Shown here one piece after another: positions 26,610 to 40,797 of a stretch of 64,000 nt of DNA. The notes under the pieces are model-generated. The model was given only the letters and a program-made list of their open reading frames with translations. It made no database searches and was not told where the DNA came from. The position numbers and the translations under genes are program-made. The stretch lies in NCBI GenBank assembly GCA_013239625.1, contig MU053873.1, positions 1,316,524 to 1,380,523 of the forward strand. The letters run 5' to 3'. Origin of the DNA: Lama guanicoe. Lineage: Eukaryota. The first letter of the stretch is position 1. Each line of letters begins with the position of its first letter.

Positions 26610-29300
26610 ATTTTGTTTATAATATACACACAGAGAAGTGCAAAATCATGAGTATGAATCAAGAGTGAATGTACTCATATAACCACCACTCAGACTGAAG
26701 AAATGGAACATTACCAACATCTTAGAAGCACATCCTTTTGTCCCCTCCAAATCACCTCCCCCCCATTCTTCTCTAAAGGTAAACACAGTCCTAATATCTA
26801 ATATAGATTTTGACCTTTCCTTAAATGGAATCCAACAACATGCATTCTTTTACAGCTTTCTGTGTGTTTGAGCTCCTTGACTTTCATAGTGTGTTTGTGA
26901 GATTGACTTGTGTTATGTGTAACAGTTTGTTCACTTTAATTGCTGTATATACAATTTACTTTTACATTCTATTGTTGGTTATTTAGATTGTTTCTAGGTT
27001 TTAGTTGTTATGAATAATAGTGCTGTGATCATTCCTGGGTATGTCTTTGAATGTACACGTGTATACATTTCTGTTGGGTATGTACCTGGAAATGTGATTA
27101 CCTCACCAGGTAAGGTATAATTATCTGGGGCATAGGGTTAAGTGTGTGTTCAACTTCTTGGGTAATCCCAAGCGGTGTGTACCAATTTGAGCTCCCACCA
27201 GCAGTTTATTAGACTTCCATTTTTCCACATCTTTGTTGATGGTTGATATTTTCAGTCTATTTAATTTTAGCCATTCTGGTGATTATATAATGACATCTCA
27301 TTATGGCTTTAATTTATGTTTCCTTCATGATTAATGAAGTTGAGTACCTTTTGTTTACTGTCCATTTGGATATCCTAATTTGTGAAGTGCTTATTGAAGT
27401 CTTTTGCTGATTTTTTGTTTGTTTGTTTTTGTTTCTCTTACTGATTTGTAGAAAAACTCTTTATATAATTTGGATACAAATTCTTGGTCAAGATATACAT
27501 TGCATGTATTTTCTTCCACTCTGTGGTTTGCCTTTGCATTCCTCTAATGGTGTCTTTTGATAAACAGAAGTTCTTAACTTTAATGTAGTCCAGTATACTA
27601 TTCTTTTCTCTTATGGTAGCACTTTTGTTTCTTGCATAAGAAATCTTTACCACTTCAAGGTCATGAACATATTCTATTATATTCTTAAAGCTTTATTATT
27701 TTACCTTTTACATTTAGATTTACAATTTAAATTGATTTTTGTGTGAAAGAGGTAGGTGTAAAGTTTTATTTTTTTCCCAGTGTGGCTATTAATTGACCCA
27801 ACATTATTTATTGAAAAGTCTGTCTTTTCTCCACTGTTCTGCAGTAATACCATTGTCATAAATCTAATATCCATGTATGTTGGTCTACTTCTGGATTCTG
27901 TATATTGTTTTATTGGTCTTTTGTTTTGTTTTGTTTTGTTTGTTCTATTGGTCTTTTTGTCTGTGCTTGCTTTAAAACTACACTGTTTTGATTACTCTTG
28001 GTTTGTATTATGTTTTGCTATCCAGCAGAATAAGTGCTTATACGTTCCTCTGCTTCTTCAGAGTTATCTTAGTTATTCTTTGCATTTCAGTATACATTTT
28101 AAAATCAGCTTGTCATTACTACATATGTGGGATTTGGGGATGGGATTGCACTGAATCTGTAGTAGATCAGTTTAGGGAGAATGATCATTTTTACAATAAT
28201 GAAGGACCTGTAGTGATTGCCTCCCTTTTTATTCATAGTGTTAATTATATGAGCCTTCTTTCTATATGCTTTTGATCAGTCTTTTGAGTTTATAAATTGG
28301 TCTTTTTAAAGAATCAACTTTTTCTTTTGTTGATCCTCTCTATTGAATTTTCTGTAGTATTAAGTTGTTTTTAGTCTTTATTATTTCTTTCCTTCTACTT
28401 TCCTTGAGCTTAATTTGCTCTGTGTGTGTGTGTGTTTGGTTCTTGAGGAGGATGCTTAGATTATTCGTTTTTCAGTCTTTTTATTTTCATGTATATGCAT
28501 TTAAGGCTATATATTTTCCTATAAGCCCACAAGTTTTAATATGTAGTACTTTAATTATCATGTATTTAAAAATATTTTCTACCATTTTTTGTAATTTTTT
28601 CTTTTATCCATTTTTTAGGAGTTTATTGTTTAATTTTCAAACGTATTCTGATTATCTTTTTGTTGTTGATTTCTAGCTTAATCACATCATTGTCAGAGAA
28701 ATACTTTGTATGGCTAAAGTCATTTGCAATTTATTGAGATTTGCTTTTTTGACCTAGCCTGTAGTCGAATTTTTTAAGAAATCAACTCTTTTGTGTAATT
28801 TGCATACAATAAAATATGCCTATTTTAAGCATAAGTTTAATGAGTTTTGACAAATGCATATACCCATTAAACTACCACCTTCTCAGTAAAGATAAAACAT
28901 TTCTGTCATCCAAAAAATTTTCTTATACTCCTTTGCAGCCATCCCCATGGGTACTGCCCCTGGCCCCAGGCAACCACTGATCTGCTGTCACTATGGATTA
29001 GTTTTAACTGTTCTTGAATTTCATTTAAAAGGAATCATACAGAATGTATGTATTCTTTATATTCATCTACTTTTATTCAGTATAATATTTTTGAGGTTAA
29101 TATGTGTTGTACATAGCAATAATTTATTCTTTTTTATTACTAAGTAGTGTTCCATTTTATGAATCTATCACAGTGAGTTTATCCATTTACTTGCTGAGGA
29201 TATTTGAACTGTGTCTAATTTTTAGATATTATGAATGAAAGTGCTATGAACACTAGTCTTCATGTAAATGTATGCTTTCATTTCTTTTGGGTAAATACCT
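26610..29300 (-). mobile_element. Old LINE-1 block (L1MB/MC/ME-like 3' end and ORF2 pieces)
   Basis: ORF 27438-27653 (LDYIKVKNFCLSKDTI...RQTTEWKKI) matches L1 ORF2; flanked by antisense 3' UTR text. Confidence 0.8.
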
Positions 29301-29412
29301 ATCACACAACAGCTCTCCATTTCCCCTCCCCCAACCCTGGCAACCACTTTTCCACTTTCTGTTTACATAATTTTGACTCCTTTAAATATCTCTTTTAAAT
29401 AGAGTCATTATA

Positions 29413-29555
29413 GGGGAAGGTATAGCTCAGGGGTAGAGTGTGTGCTGAGCATGTACAAGGTCCAAGGTTCAGTCCCCAGTGCCTCCATTAAAAATAAATA
29501 AATAACCTAATTACCCCCCCAACACAAAATAATAAATGAATAAATAAAATCAGGG
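29413..29555 (+). mobile_element. tRNA-derived SINE (vic-1-like)
   Basis: GGGGAAGGTATAGCTCAGGGGTAGAG...GGTTCAGTCCCC...AAATAACCTAATTACCCCCCC; degenerate TSD TAAATnnnnTCATTATA at 29396-29412 and 29556-29572. Confidence 0.9.
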
Positions 29556-29674
29556 TAAATGGGATCATTATAGTATTCGGCCTTTTGTGTCTGGCTTATT
29601 TCACTCAGCACGGTATCTTCAAAGGTTTATCCATGTTGTAGCATGTGCCAGAATGTCCTTTTTAAAAACTGAAT

Positions 29675-29840
29675 GGGGGGAGGGTATAGCTCAGTGGTAG
29701 AGCACATGCTTAGTTAGCATGCATGAGGTCATGGGCTCAATCCCCAGGACCTCCATTAAAAAATAAAGAAATAAACTGAATTACCCCCCCAAAAACCCCC
29801 TAAAAACCAAAAAGTAAAAAGAAAAAAAAAGGAAAAAAGA
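29675..29840 (+). mobile_element. tRNA-derived SINE (vic-1-like)
   Basis: GGGGGGAGGGTATAGCTCAGTGGTAGAGCACATGCTTAGTTAGCATGCATGAGGTCATGGGCTCAATCCCC plus A-rich tail. Confidence 0.9.
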
Positions 29841-32699
29841 AAGCCAAATAATATTCCATTGTGTGTGTATATATGTATATATTTATAAGTGTATATATAT
29901 GTGTGTGTGTGTGTGTGTATACGTCTGAATTTTTTCCCTTAGAGTAATGTTCTTAAGGTCCATCCATGTTTTTGCAAATGGTAGAATTTCCTTCTTTTTT
30001 ATGGTGGAATAATATTCCATTGTGTATATATATCCCATATTTTCTTGTCCATTCATCTGTTGATAGATGCTTGTGCTTCTTTCATCTTTTGTCTATTGTG
30101 AATAATGCTGCAATGAACATGGTTGTGTAAATACCCCTTCAAGATCCTGCTTTCAATTCCTTTGGATATATACCCAGAAGTAGGATTGCTGGATTACATG
30201 GTAATTCTATTTTTACTTTATTGAATCATCTCCATGTTGTTTTCCATAGTAATACCATTTTGTTTTCCCACTAGTAGTGCACAAAGATTCCAGTTTCCCT
30301 ACATCCTCACCAAGACTTACTATTTGCTTGCTTGCTTGCTCGCTCACTCACTCTCAGTCTCTTTCTCTCTCTCTTTCTTTCTGATAGTAGCCATCCTGGT
30401 AGGTATGAGGTTAGGGTTAGGGTTTGTTTTGATTTACATTTCCTTGATGATTAGTGATGTTGAACATCTTTTCATATACTTTTTGGCCGTTTGTGTATTT
30501 TCTTGGAAGAAATTTCTACTCGGATTCTTTGCCCATTTTAAAAATCAGGTTATTGAGTCTTTTTTGTTGTTACTGAGTTGTAAGAGTTCTTTATATGTTG
30601 TGAACAGGAACTCCTTATCAGATATATTATTTTCACTTACTTTCTCCAGTCTGTAGTGTGACGTTTTTCTTTGTTGATTGTTTCCTTCAGTGTGCAGAAG
30701 TTTTTAAGTTTGATATAGTCCCATTTGTCTGTTGTTGTTTTTATTGCCTGTGCTTTTGATGCCATATCCAAGAAATCACTGCCAAATCTAATGTCCTGGA
30801 GTTTTCTTCTTGAACTTTTATAATTCTAGGTCTTACGTTTAGATCTTTAATCTACTTTGAGTTATTTTTGTATGTGGTGTAAGCAAGCGTACAGCTTCAT
30901 TCTTTTGGATGTGGATGTCCAGTTTTCCAGCACCATTTGTTGAAGATTGTTTTTTGCCCATTTTGGATTTTGACACCATTGCCAAAGATCATTTGGTTAT
31001 ATTTGTGGAGTTTTATTCCTGGGCTGTCTGCTCTGTTTCATTTGATTATATGTTTGTTTTTATGTTTTACCTCACTGTTTTGATTACTGTAACTTTGTAA
31101 TATGTTTTGAAATCAGAGCATATGGGGTCTCCTTTGTTCTTAGAGTCTTCTTTCCAGGTTCTGGGAAAAAAAAAAACTAGCCAGCATTTTGATTATATTA
31201 CATTATATTACATGAACTACAGATAAGTTTGGTGAGGACTGACATCTTAATATTACTGGCTTTTAGTCCACAAACATGGTATGTACTACATTTATTTAGG
31301 TCTTCCTTCATTTTCCATCAGGGTGGCATTCCAGAGTCTCCATGATCTGACCTCTGCTGAAACTTTCAGCCCTAATTCTTGCTACTTCTTACCTCTAACT
31401 GCTTTTTTCATGTACACTGAACTATTCACAGTTCCCTTCAAACATCATGTCATTTTATGCTTTGAGACTCATATGATTTCCTTACCTGGAGCACCTTACA
31501 AAATACAAAATACATCTTTGTATGATTAATAACAGGGCCCAGCACCAGACAGCCTGGGTTTGAATCTATGTAAATCTCCTAAATATAGTGCCTATCTCAT
31601 GGTAGTTGCTCAGTAGATGTTAGCTTTTATGATACTTACATGTCCTATGTCCACTAGATTGTGAACTCTAAGAATAATGACCATTTTTGTTCTTTTTTTT
31701 TTTTGGTACATCTAATGCCTAATACAATGCTTGGCATGTAGTATGTGCTCTACAAATGTTTATTTTATGAGTTTTGCAAAAGTTCTAGAGATAGAATGAA
31801 GAATATTTTCCAAAATATTCAAATTTCATGCTAGTAAGACATATTCCTCTGGCTTATGAAATTTCATCAAATAAGATACCGTTTTTCACATTTGCAAGCA
31901 AATTAAAGGCAAGTATAATAGAGTAGTTGATGTGGTTTTTTTCATTCCAACCACGGAGTGCAGTGCCTCAAGTAATCTGTTCTAGTTTCTCTTCTTGTCT
32001 TATTTCATGAAATTGTTAACTAAATCTTAAATTGATTCTTTGTACAGCTTTATGAACTCATGCTATCAGGAATAATACAGAAGATTGTTACTGCTAACAA
32101 ATAGAAATTGTTACTGCTAATGAAAATTATGGGATTATTGTGATAAGTAAGGAATTGTCTGTTATAAATGTAGAGGTTTCTGCATATTGTAGACTTTAAT
32201 GCAATTAGCTATGTCCTAGCAAGATTTTATATTATTCAAAAGATAAAACTAATCTGAATAATAAGCATAAATTGAACCTACATTAGACTACTTCTGCTGT
32301 TACCATTTGGTAATCATTTTCTCTTCGTAATGATAGATCCTTCTATAAGACAAATACTTTTGAAAGGTATCTGACATCATTTCTGATTTCTTTCTACTTT
32401 GTGAGCAAGCTTGATAAAGCCATATGGACATAATGATTAAAATACATGATCTTAAACATAGTGACAGTGAAATTCTAATAGCAGAATGTGTGAATGGTTG
32501 ATACCAGATAAATGCTGCAGCTGTCAGGCAGCTCATGGTAGTCTTCTAGGTTAAGGTGGTGATGGCTCCTTCCTGGAGACTTCTTTCACTTTCCAGACTC
32601 TCCAAAGGATTTATACATTAGTGCATCAATTGAACAAATAGTTATTCAGTACATACTGTTTGAATTGTTGGAAGAGTGTTAAAATTAAGGTGTATTATT

Positions 32700-33175
32700 G
32701 TTTTTCAGCTTTATTGAGATATAATTGTAAGAGATATAAGTTGTAAGATATTTAAAGTGTACATCATGGTGATTTGATATATGTATACATTGTGAAAGGA
32801 TTCGCCCAACCTGGTTAATTAACATATCCATCTCCTCACATACTTATTTATTTTTGGGTAAGAACGCCTAAGTTCTACTTTCTTAGCAAATTTTAGTTAT
32901 ATACTATAGTGTGACTGATTATAGTCTCTGTGTTTTACATTAGATCCAGACATTATTCATTGTACAGCTGAAAGTTTATACCCTTTTACCAACCTCTCCC
33001 TATTTCCACCAGCCCCTGGCAACCACTTTTTTTTTACTGTTTTTGTTTTTTGTTTTATTTTTAGTCTGAGTTGTTCCACCCCTGCCTCACCATCAATTCT
33101 AAATATATGTGATATCAAGCAGTATTTGTCTTTTTCTGTCTGGCTTGTTTCACTTAACATAATGCCCTCACATTA
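32700..33175 (-). mobile_element. LINE-1 3' end fragment
   Basis: ORF 32957-33160 starts MLSETSQTEKDKYCLISH (ORF2 C-terminus); left end CAGCTTTATTGAGATATAATTG. Confidence 0.85.
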
Positions 33176-33234
33176 TCTAGCTGTTTTGTGAAAAATGAAA
33201 CATGGGAAGAAAAACGTTAAAACCTTGCATGCAT

Positions 33235-36056
33235 TGCTGAAAATGTTTTTATTTTACTCCCCCAGGAGATAAACAGTTTGACTGGTTATAGTATTCTAGG
33301 CTGGGAATTATTTTCCCCTCTGAATTGTGAAGAAGTCAGTTCAGCCATTGGTCCTCTTCTCTTTTTGATGTTAAGAATCCTGATGCAATTTAAAATCTTG
33401 ATCCTTTATATGGAAATTTTCTTAGCTCTGGAAGCTTATAGAATCTTCAGTGCTGTCTAGGGAGGATTTGCTTTCATCAACTGTGCAGGACACTTGATGG
33501 ATAACTCCCAATCTAAAAACCCATGTACTTTAATTCTGGGATATTTTCTTGAATGATTTTGTTAATGATTTCATTTTTATGGTTTTCTCTGTTCTTTTTC
33601 TCTTGACCTACTTTTATTTGGATATCCAGTCTCATTAGCTGATCTTCTAATAATTTTCTTTCTCATTTTCCATCTCTCTTATTCCTTAATGTGTTTTCTG
33701 CAGTACTTCTTCAATTTTATCATCCAACTCTTCTGTTTATTTTTTCATTTATTATTTTTTATAAGACCTTTGTTCTCTGATTAGCCTCTTTTTTTAACAT
33801 CCCATTCTTGTTTCATAAATGCAATTTTTTTCTCATTTCTCAAATGGTAGTTTTGAAATTTTCTTCTTCAATCTGTTTTCTCCAAGTTTCCCCTTCCCTC
33901 CATACTGTCTGTATTTGAAGATTCCGTCTTTCATTTTTAGGTACTTTTTTCCAAATATCAGATGACCTTTGAACTTAATCTAATTTTAGGAGTGGTGTAC
34001 ATGCTGGTACTTGTTTTCTGGGGTCATCACCACAGGGTTAGTGGCTAGGCTGTTCGCCTGGGAGGAACTCCTGTTGTCAGTCACTTTAAGTCTCTTCTCT
34101 TGGGCTTGTGAGAGTCTGTAGTGAAGACTATTTCAATTTCTGGCCCGAGGGGTATTTTTCTGACTGCCAATGCTTTTGAAGTCAAATAGGAGAAGGAGGT
34201 TAGAGAAGAATCTCAACATTCATCAAGTAAACTTTCAAGTAATTCTCATTTCATGCAATATCCTACACATAACTGTTTCTGGTGTCCCTTACATCAGAGA
34301 CCCAATGTTTGTACCTCTGCAGAGGATAAATCTGTGCCATCTTCTGTTGGGATACGGGGAACAGTTATTACATAGTTTTAAAATAGATATCTGGGTGGGG
34401 GGGTGTTTAACTGCTTTTTAAAGTTTTCATTACGAAAATTTCAAGCATGTACGAGAAGAGGAAGAACAGCTCCCATGTGCAGTTACTAACTCATGACCAA
34501 TCTTTTTTTTAAAATCTGTCATTTTGAAGCAGTCCTGGACACCACTATTTCATTCATAAATATTTCAATATGTATCTCTAAAGGAAAAAGACATTTTTTT
34601 TTAAAACAAGAAACATAACTGCAACACCATCATCACACCTAAATGTAAAAAACAATGATTTCTTTTCACAAATAGGTCACTCAGTGTTCAGTTTTACCTC
34701 ATTATTTCAGTAATGGTTCCTATTTCTACCCCATAGCATATTTGTTTGATTCATGATCTACATTAAGATCTACATAATGTTTGCTGTGTCTAGAAAGTCT
34801 CTGAATCTCTGTGTCTCACTCTGTCTTTTTCTCTTGTGTGTGCCTTTGCTCTCAGTCACTCTCTGCCTCTCTTTCTCCTTACAGATTACTTGAAGAAACA
34901 GAGTCAATTGTTTTATAGTGTTTTATAGTTTTTCAGTCTGGACTTGGCTGATTGTATCCTTGTGGTGTCTTTAACATTTTATGGTGTCTCTTCTGTTTCC
35001 TAACAACTGACTGTTGGATTTAGATGCTTTGTCAGGCACACTGTTGCCATCTTTTTGGGTGGGGGAGGGAGGAGGAAGACTTGCCTCAGAACCATTGTTG
35101 CACTTCATGAGGCACTAATGCCTTGTTCCCCCTTTTTGTGTTGCTAGCATCCACTGATGATCATTGCCTAGGTCCTTAAATTAATTCGGGGTTGCAAAAT
35201 AAAGATACTCTAAGTAATTTCATTCTATCTGCATTTATTAGCTAGAAAACTCTAAAGCAGTCTTCTCCTTAACAGCTATTTGGTTACCTGTGATGTGGTT
35301 CCCATAGGAAGGCAGGGTGAATATTTCTTTCCCTTATTTTCCTGTTTTCACAGTAATGAATTTTTTCCTCCACATCCTCCAAAGGAGACCAGTGAATTTT
35401 TTTCTTTTCTTTTTAAAGTATCATCATGAATCCTTGCACTCAAATGGACTTGATGTGCCGTTACTATCATTGTCAGTGATCAGTCTCTGGGCCTTGAAGC
35501 CTCTTCAGGTTGGCTTCTGAATCATTTTGACATGACTCCAATTATCTTTGAAAGCTGTCTTACTTTTTGGAGTAACAAGATGTTTTGGGCACATTTTGTA
35601 CATTTTCTGCCTGTGACCTAGAATCAGCCATTTCATTAGGGAATTCTGTTCCTTTCTGTGGACATGATATTTAGGGACCACACTCTATATTCTAGGTGCT
35701 TCTTAAACAGATTTTTGACCAATCTTCCTATTTTTAGACCAATCTCCACATCTCTTTTTAGAAATGCTTGGTGCTGTTTCTTCCCAAGCCTTTGGGAGAC
35801 TCATCACCATAAACTGATTATTTCTTAGCTTTCTGTACCATTGGTTTAACTTTCTTGGGTCTGCCTAGTCTCTTAAAACTAGTTCATTGACTTTACAGCT
35901 TCCAAAATTTTGTTGCTCTTTTTTTCCTTCTATTCTTGGTTGGTTTTTTTCCCTTGTGGATTTATGACTTTAAGTAAATTCTCCCATTTTAGTTTTAGAG
36001 ACTTTTTTTTTTTGTGCTAACTGCTTATGTTTAATCTGTTACCTTTAACTAGAAGC
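33235..36056 (-). mobile_element. Ancient HAL1-like / L1M 5'-half element, interrupted by an L1MC-like piece at about 34420-35700
   Basis: Colinear similarity to 55900-58360 and 59070-59540; ends in TGTTTAATCTGTTACCTTTAACTAGAAG, like an L1 start. Confidence 0.6.
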
Positions 36057-36424
36057 CACCCATTAACTTTGCATAAGCAACAATTTGGCTACCTTGACTT
36101 TGCCCCCTTCAGAGTATCTATCTATTAGGCTATTTTCCTAAACCAAGATGGTGCTGTCCTTAAGAGAAACTCTTAAAATTATCTTTTATCACTTACCTTC
36201 AATAAGGAGAGGAAGAGAGGGAAATAGACGAGAAGGAGAAAAGCAAGGTGGCAGGGAGAAGTGACAAGGCTGAGGATTTCATAGAACATTCCTAAGTTTA
36301 GAAGCTTGACAGTTTTACTGCCCATGTCTTTAAAGAAAAGTTCTTGACTAAAAACAGCTTAAACTGTTATGTGATTGACTTAAGTTTTAGACAAGAGCCA
36401 TTGCTAGTGATATCTGTGGAATTT

Positions 36425-37210
36425 AAGTGCGCTATATATAATAGTGATTTTTTTTGTTATTCCATCTAGCAGTAGCTTGTTTATTTTCATTGCTGTATAT
36501 AAAATTGTACGTTATACAAAGTATATTGTAATTTATATATCCATTCTGCAGTTGAAATCTTTGTTTCAGTGTTTGATATTTAAATAATACTGCTATAAAT
36601 ATTCCTGTTATTTGTATATTTTATGCATATATGATGCATTTCGTGAAGTGGAATTGCTGGGTCCAAATGGGTTTGCTTATATTTTGCGAATATTGCCCAA
36701 GTGTTTTCCAAAATGGCTGCACAACTTCTCACTCCTACCAGTAGAGTATGAGAGTCCAGGTGCTCCACAGCCTTTGAGATAAGTGGTATTGGCAGTCTTT
36801 TAAATTTTAGACTTTGTTTTTGTGTGTGGTGCTTCCTTAATGATGTTTTTAAATATTTACTGGCTATTTGCATGTCTTCTCTCTTGACATGGCTATTAAA
36901 TTTTCAGTTCTTTTCTTATTTTTCTATGGGATTAATTATCTTATTCTTAGCGATAGATCAGAATTTTTACATGTTCTCAGTAAGTCTTATTTTCCATTAA
37001 ATGTATTACAGTTATCTTCTGCCACTCTTGATTTGATTTGTTTCTCTCTTTATGGAGTATTTGTTTGAACAGAAGTTCTTAATTTTAATGTAGTTCAGTT
37101 TATCATCTATTTCTCCTAAGTTCAGTGCTATTTTGTCTTCATTAAAATTGTTTAACTACCTCAAATTCATGAAGAAATTTTTTCTATCATCTTGAAGGTT
37201 CCTTGTTTTA
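36425..37210 (-). mobile_element. Ancient LINE-1 ORF2 C-terminal remnant (L1ME-like)
   Basis: ORF 36580-36873 contains SHTLLVG...LEN...DPAIPL. Confidence 0.7.
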
Positions 37211-37573
37211 CATTTCTATGTTACTTCATACTGTAAACAAGTATCAGTTCCATATGGATTGTCACTCTACGTAGTGATTTTTGTTGGACTTCTGTCTGTT
37301 GTGGTGTGTCAACCATTTTCTTCTCTGATTAGAGAAACATTAGGTTGGAGGGTAAATTAAGTGGGAGAGTAGATCCCTGGATAACTGCTCCATTTACTCA
37401 TTGGTAAGGGGCCTAGTAGCTGAAGCTGTTGTCCAACCCACCCTTCACTGAGACTATCTTGTGGTTCTCCATTACAACCTAGCAGGGGAATTAATACATA
37501 AACTTTCAACTGCATTCAGTTCAGTGTTTCTTTGTTTACACCAGCGGAGGTACTATTGGAAGAGTTGAAATGA

Positions 37574-37942
37574 TTGTGCGTGGTGTCCCTTAGGGCTATT
37601 CATCAGTATTTCTGGTTCTCCTCATTCTGGGCACGTGGTAGGCTTATACTTCCCTACCCCCCTGAACTTGGTCGTGGTCGTATGACTTGCTCAGACCAAG
37701 TGAATGTCAAGGAATCAGGTCACAATTTGCTGTTTGCTGTGTCCTCTTCTACCTTGTGACCTGCCTTGTTTCATATGAGAGAAGCTCTTGCCCCAGCTCA
37801 CATTCCTGTGTGAGGGCTGTTAAAGAGCAGAGCAGTGGACATGCAGTGTGGGCGAGAAAAAAAAACCTTGTTGCTTTAAGCCCCCGTGATTTGGGAGTTG
37901 TGTTGCTGTGGTGTAACTTAGTCTTTCTTTGCTAACGTTACA
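37574..37942 (+). mobile_element. ERVL-MaLR solo LTR (MLT1-like)
   Basis: TG...CA ends; CAGTATTTCTGGTTCTCC, ATGACTTGCTC, AAACCTTGTTGCTTTAAGCC...GATTTGGGAGTTG. Confidence 0.75.
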
Positions 37943-39794
37943 GTGTAATGTAGACTTAGTTACTCAAAAAGATGTGCTACTGTTTCCCTTGATTCCTGCT
38001 TAGGCAGTTAAGAACAAAAACATAGATGTGAATGATTAAAAAAAATTATGGCTATTTAAAAAATTAAGCTTCAATTTATGAAGGATGAAATTTGAAGGTG
38101 TTTTTCCAGGGTGAGATTTGGGAGGAATGTGTTCTTCACATCCTTGATAGTTATGGTTGTATCTTACGGCAAAGAAACAAAACTTTCGAATTCTGACCTT
38201 GTGAGAAGGTAAATAATTTAATGTAGTGATAAAATATAGCTTTCTTTTAGGAAAAACAATACATTTGGAAGTTTAAACCCATCATGTTTTTACTCTCAAT
38301 TATGGTGGCTTATTTCCTTCAGTGGTTTAGTGATTTTTTTTTTTTTAATTCTTAGTACATATTTGAGCTTAATCTGTGAGAGTCCTAAGGGTTTAAATTG
38401 GGGACTGTTTATTTCAGGGAGAATTTGCATTTACTTCTGTCCAAAGCCAACAGTTCTATAGACCTGGGACCACTTTAGCACCATTCAAGAGTCTGGTTTA
38501 ATTTTGAGGTGGGAGATTCTCATTCCGTTCATCCAGGTTTAGTTCTTTCATGTTCCCTATTCTATTTCAGCTCCTTGTTCCTTTCTCCCCCCTTAGAGCT
38601 TTCTCTTACTTACTTGCTTGCAAGCCCAGAAATACATTAAAATATATATTTTTATAACATGTCTTGATCTAGTTGTAGAATAGAAGAAGAGTCTTATTTT
38701 GTTTGCTGTGGAGTGAAAAAATCATAGAAAAGTCAAAGACATCATATATGATTTCAATGCCCATAGAAACACGCTATGTTCCATTGATAATAATGACATG
38801 TTACATTCATATAACCAAGGCTTTTCACATCTCATCGAGTTTAGTCTCCACAGCAACAAAGTATAAAAACCTTAAAAATAAAGGTTGGGATGTTTGTAAT
38901 TAAAACTAGTCATTGCCAAGAATGAGGAATTGGCTTTATAAGTCATAATCCGGAAGGGTATTTTAATATGAGTTCTTATAACAAAGTGTCTGTGTTGTAT
39001 TTTACTTAAGTCTTTTCATGCAGCAACATGGAACATGCTTACAATGGATAAAGAAAGAATATAAAATTGTATCGTTTATGATTATAATTGTGTCAATTAC
39101 ATGTTCATATGAGCATGCATTAGAAATGGATGTGGCAAAAATAAAGCCATAACTTAAGGTGTTGGGACTATGGAAGTTTTATTTCATTCTAGTATTATTA
39201 TTATGATTTTAAGCAGTTAATAGAAGACATTCAAAATCTACTCAAAGGATATTATTCTCTCAGTTTTTATTAAAACCTATGTATACATTTATACAGAGAA
39301 AGAAATCTAAGATGGGTGTGTATTTATGTGTGTGTGTGTTTACATGTCAAAATCTTAACCATATTATTTGGGTAGGATTTCAAGTGATTTCAAAAATTTA
39401 TTCTTTATGATATTTTGGTAATATCCAGTTTTTAAAAATAAGGATAATTTGTTAATTTTAAATTATAAAAATGATAAATCTATTTTTCATCTTGGGAAAA
39501 ATGCCCCCATGTGCTATTAAAAAGTAAGCTATTATTTAAAACTTTATCTTTTAGTGAGACCGAGGAAAAAAAGCTTATGTCTAGAGGAAAAAGAAATTTA
39601 CATAAATCTTCCCATAAGTCTTACCTCTGTATGAAAGTACTTAAAAATTAAAGACTAAATTTCTCAACTAAATGTTGAGTGAGTCATTGGCTTCAGATGA
39701 TCACACAGTATACTCAAAATTTTGATCATTTAGCAGTATATCTCAGTGTTTAAATAAATGTTTGCCTGACTTGTATATTTTACTAGAAGAATTA

Positions 39795-39950
39795 ACATTT
39801 ACTAAGGAAAGAGCCAGGTACTTTATATATATGATATTTAAAATCACAATCATCTTTAATCTCACAACAATCCTGCAGTGCTAGTGTATCCTTCATTTTG
39901 TATATTTGTGAAAATTGATAGTTGAGAGATTCAATAAATGATGCAAAGAC
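39795..39950 (-). mobile_element. MIR SINE, left half (continues at about 43061-43130 beyond the L1 insertion)
   Basis: TTTAATCTCACAACAATCCTG...GAAAATTGA...GAGAGATTCAATAAATG then, after the L1, AGAGTTAGAATTTAAACCCAG. Confidence 0.65.
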
Positions 39951-40233
39951 TTTTTTTTACATTTTTTATTGAGTAATAGTCATTTTACAATGTTGTGTCA
40001 AATTCTCGTGTAGAGCACAATTTTTCAGTTATACATGGACGTACATATTTTCATTGTCAAATTTTTTTTTCTGCTGTGAGCTACCACAAGATCTTGTATA
40101 TATTTCTCTGTGCTATACAGTATAATCTTGTTTATCTATTCTGCGTTTTAAAATCCCAGTCTGTCCCTTCCCACCCCATGCCTCCTTGGCAACCACTAGT
40201 TTGTATTCTATGTCTATGAGTCTGTTTCCGTTT

Positions 40234-40286
40234 TGTATGTATGTATGTATGTATGTATGTATGTATGTATGTATGTATGTATGTAT
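40234..40286. repeat. (TGTA)n microsatellite, about 13 units
   Basis: Perfect tetranucleotide run just after the L1 ORF2 stop. Confidence 0.95.
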
Positions 40287-40655
40287 TTAGATTCCACATG
40301 TGAGCAATCTCATATGGTATTTTTCTTTCTCTTTCTGGCTTACTTCACTTAGAGTGACATTTTCCAGAAACATCCATGTTGCTGCAAATGGCATTATGTT
40401 GTCGGTTTCTGTGGCTGAATAGTATTCCATTGTACGAATATACCACATCTTCTTTATCCAGTCATCTGTTGATGGACATTTAGGCTGTTTCCATGTCTTG
40501 GCTATTGTAAATAGTGCTGCTATGAACATTGGAGTGCAGGTGTCATTTTGAAGTAGGGTTGCTTCTGGATATATGCCCAGGAGTGGGATTCCTGGGTCAC
40601 ATGGTAAGTTTATTCCTAGTCTTTTGAGGAATCTCCATACTGTTTTCCACAGTGG
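40287..40655 (-). pseudogene. L1 ORF2 C-terminal remnant (last 122 residues)
   Basis: Open frame PLWKTVWRFLKRLGINLPCDPGIPLLGIYP...MFIAALFTIAKTWKQPKCPSTDDWIKKMWY...CGI*; no EN, RT or CCHC upstream. Confidence 0.9.
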
Positions 40656-40797
40656 CTTTCCTTGCTTCCCTCTCCCACTCTTAATGATTTAGATGTCTTC
40701 TTTTGCAATTTTGTGTTTACTCTTTTTGTAATTCATGGCAGTTATCACCTTTCCAGTTATGAGTTTCTCATTTTTGTAGCATCCTGCTTCTTTCTTT

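Larger units (their letters stand above)
29301..31310 (-). mobile_element. LINE-1 (L1MA-like) 3' UTR and ORF2 C-terminal remnants hosting two SINEs and a (TG)/(TA) tract
   Basis: GGATATATACCCAGAAGTAGGATTGCTGGATTACATGGTAATTCTA and CCAGTTTTCCAGCACCATTTGTTGAAG are antisense ORF2 text. Confidence 0.85.

Noticed and set aside
29675..29755. tRNA-like sequences (also 5040-5117 and 29413-29485)
   Set aside because: They have SINE 3' bodies, A-tails and TSD-like flanks and differ among copies; they are SINEs, not tRNA genes
32080..32122. Small tandem duplications (also 44570-44603) and short AT-rich hairpins (44134-44163, 55661-55687)
   Set aside because: Ordinary slippage products or chance in AT-rich DNA
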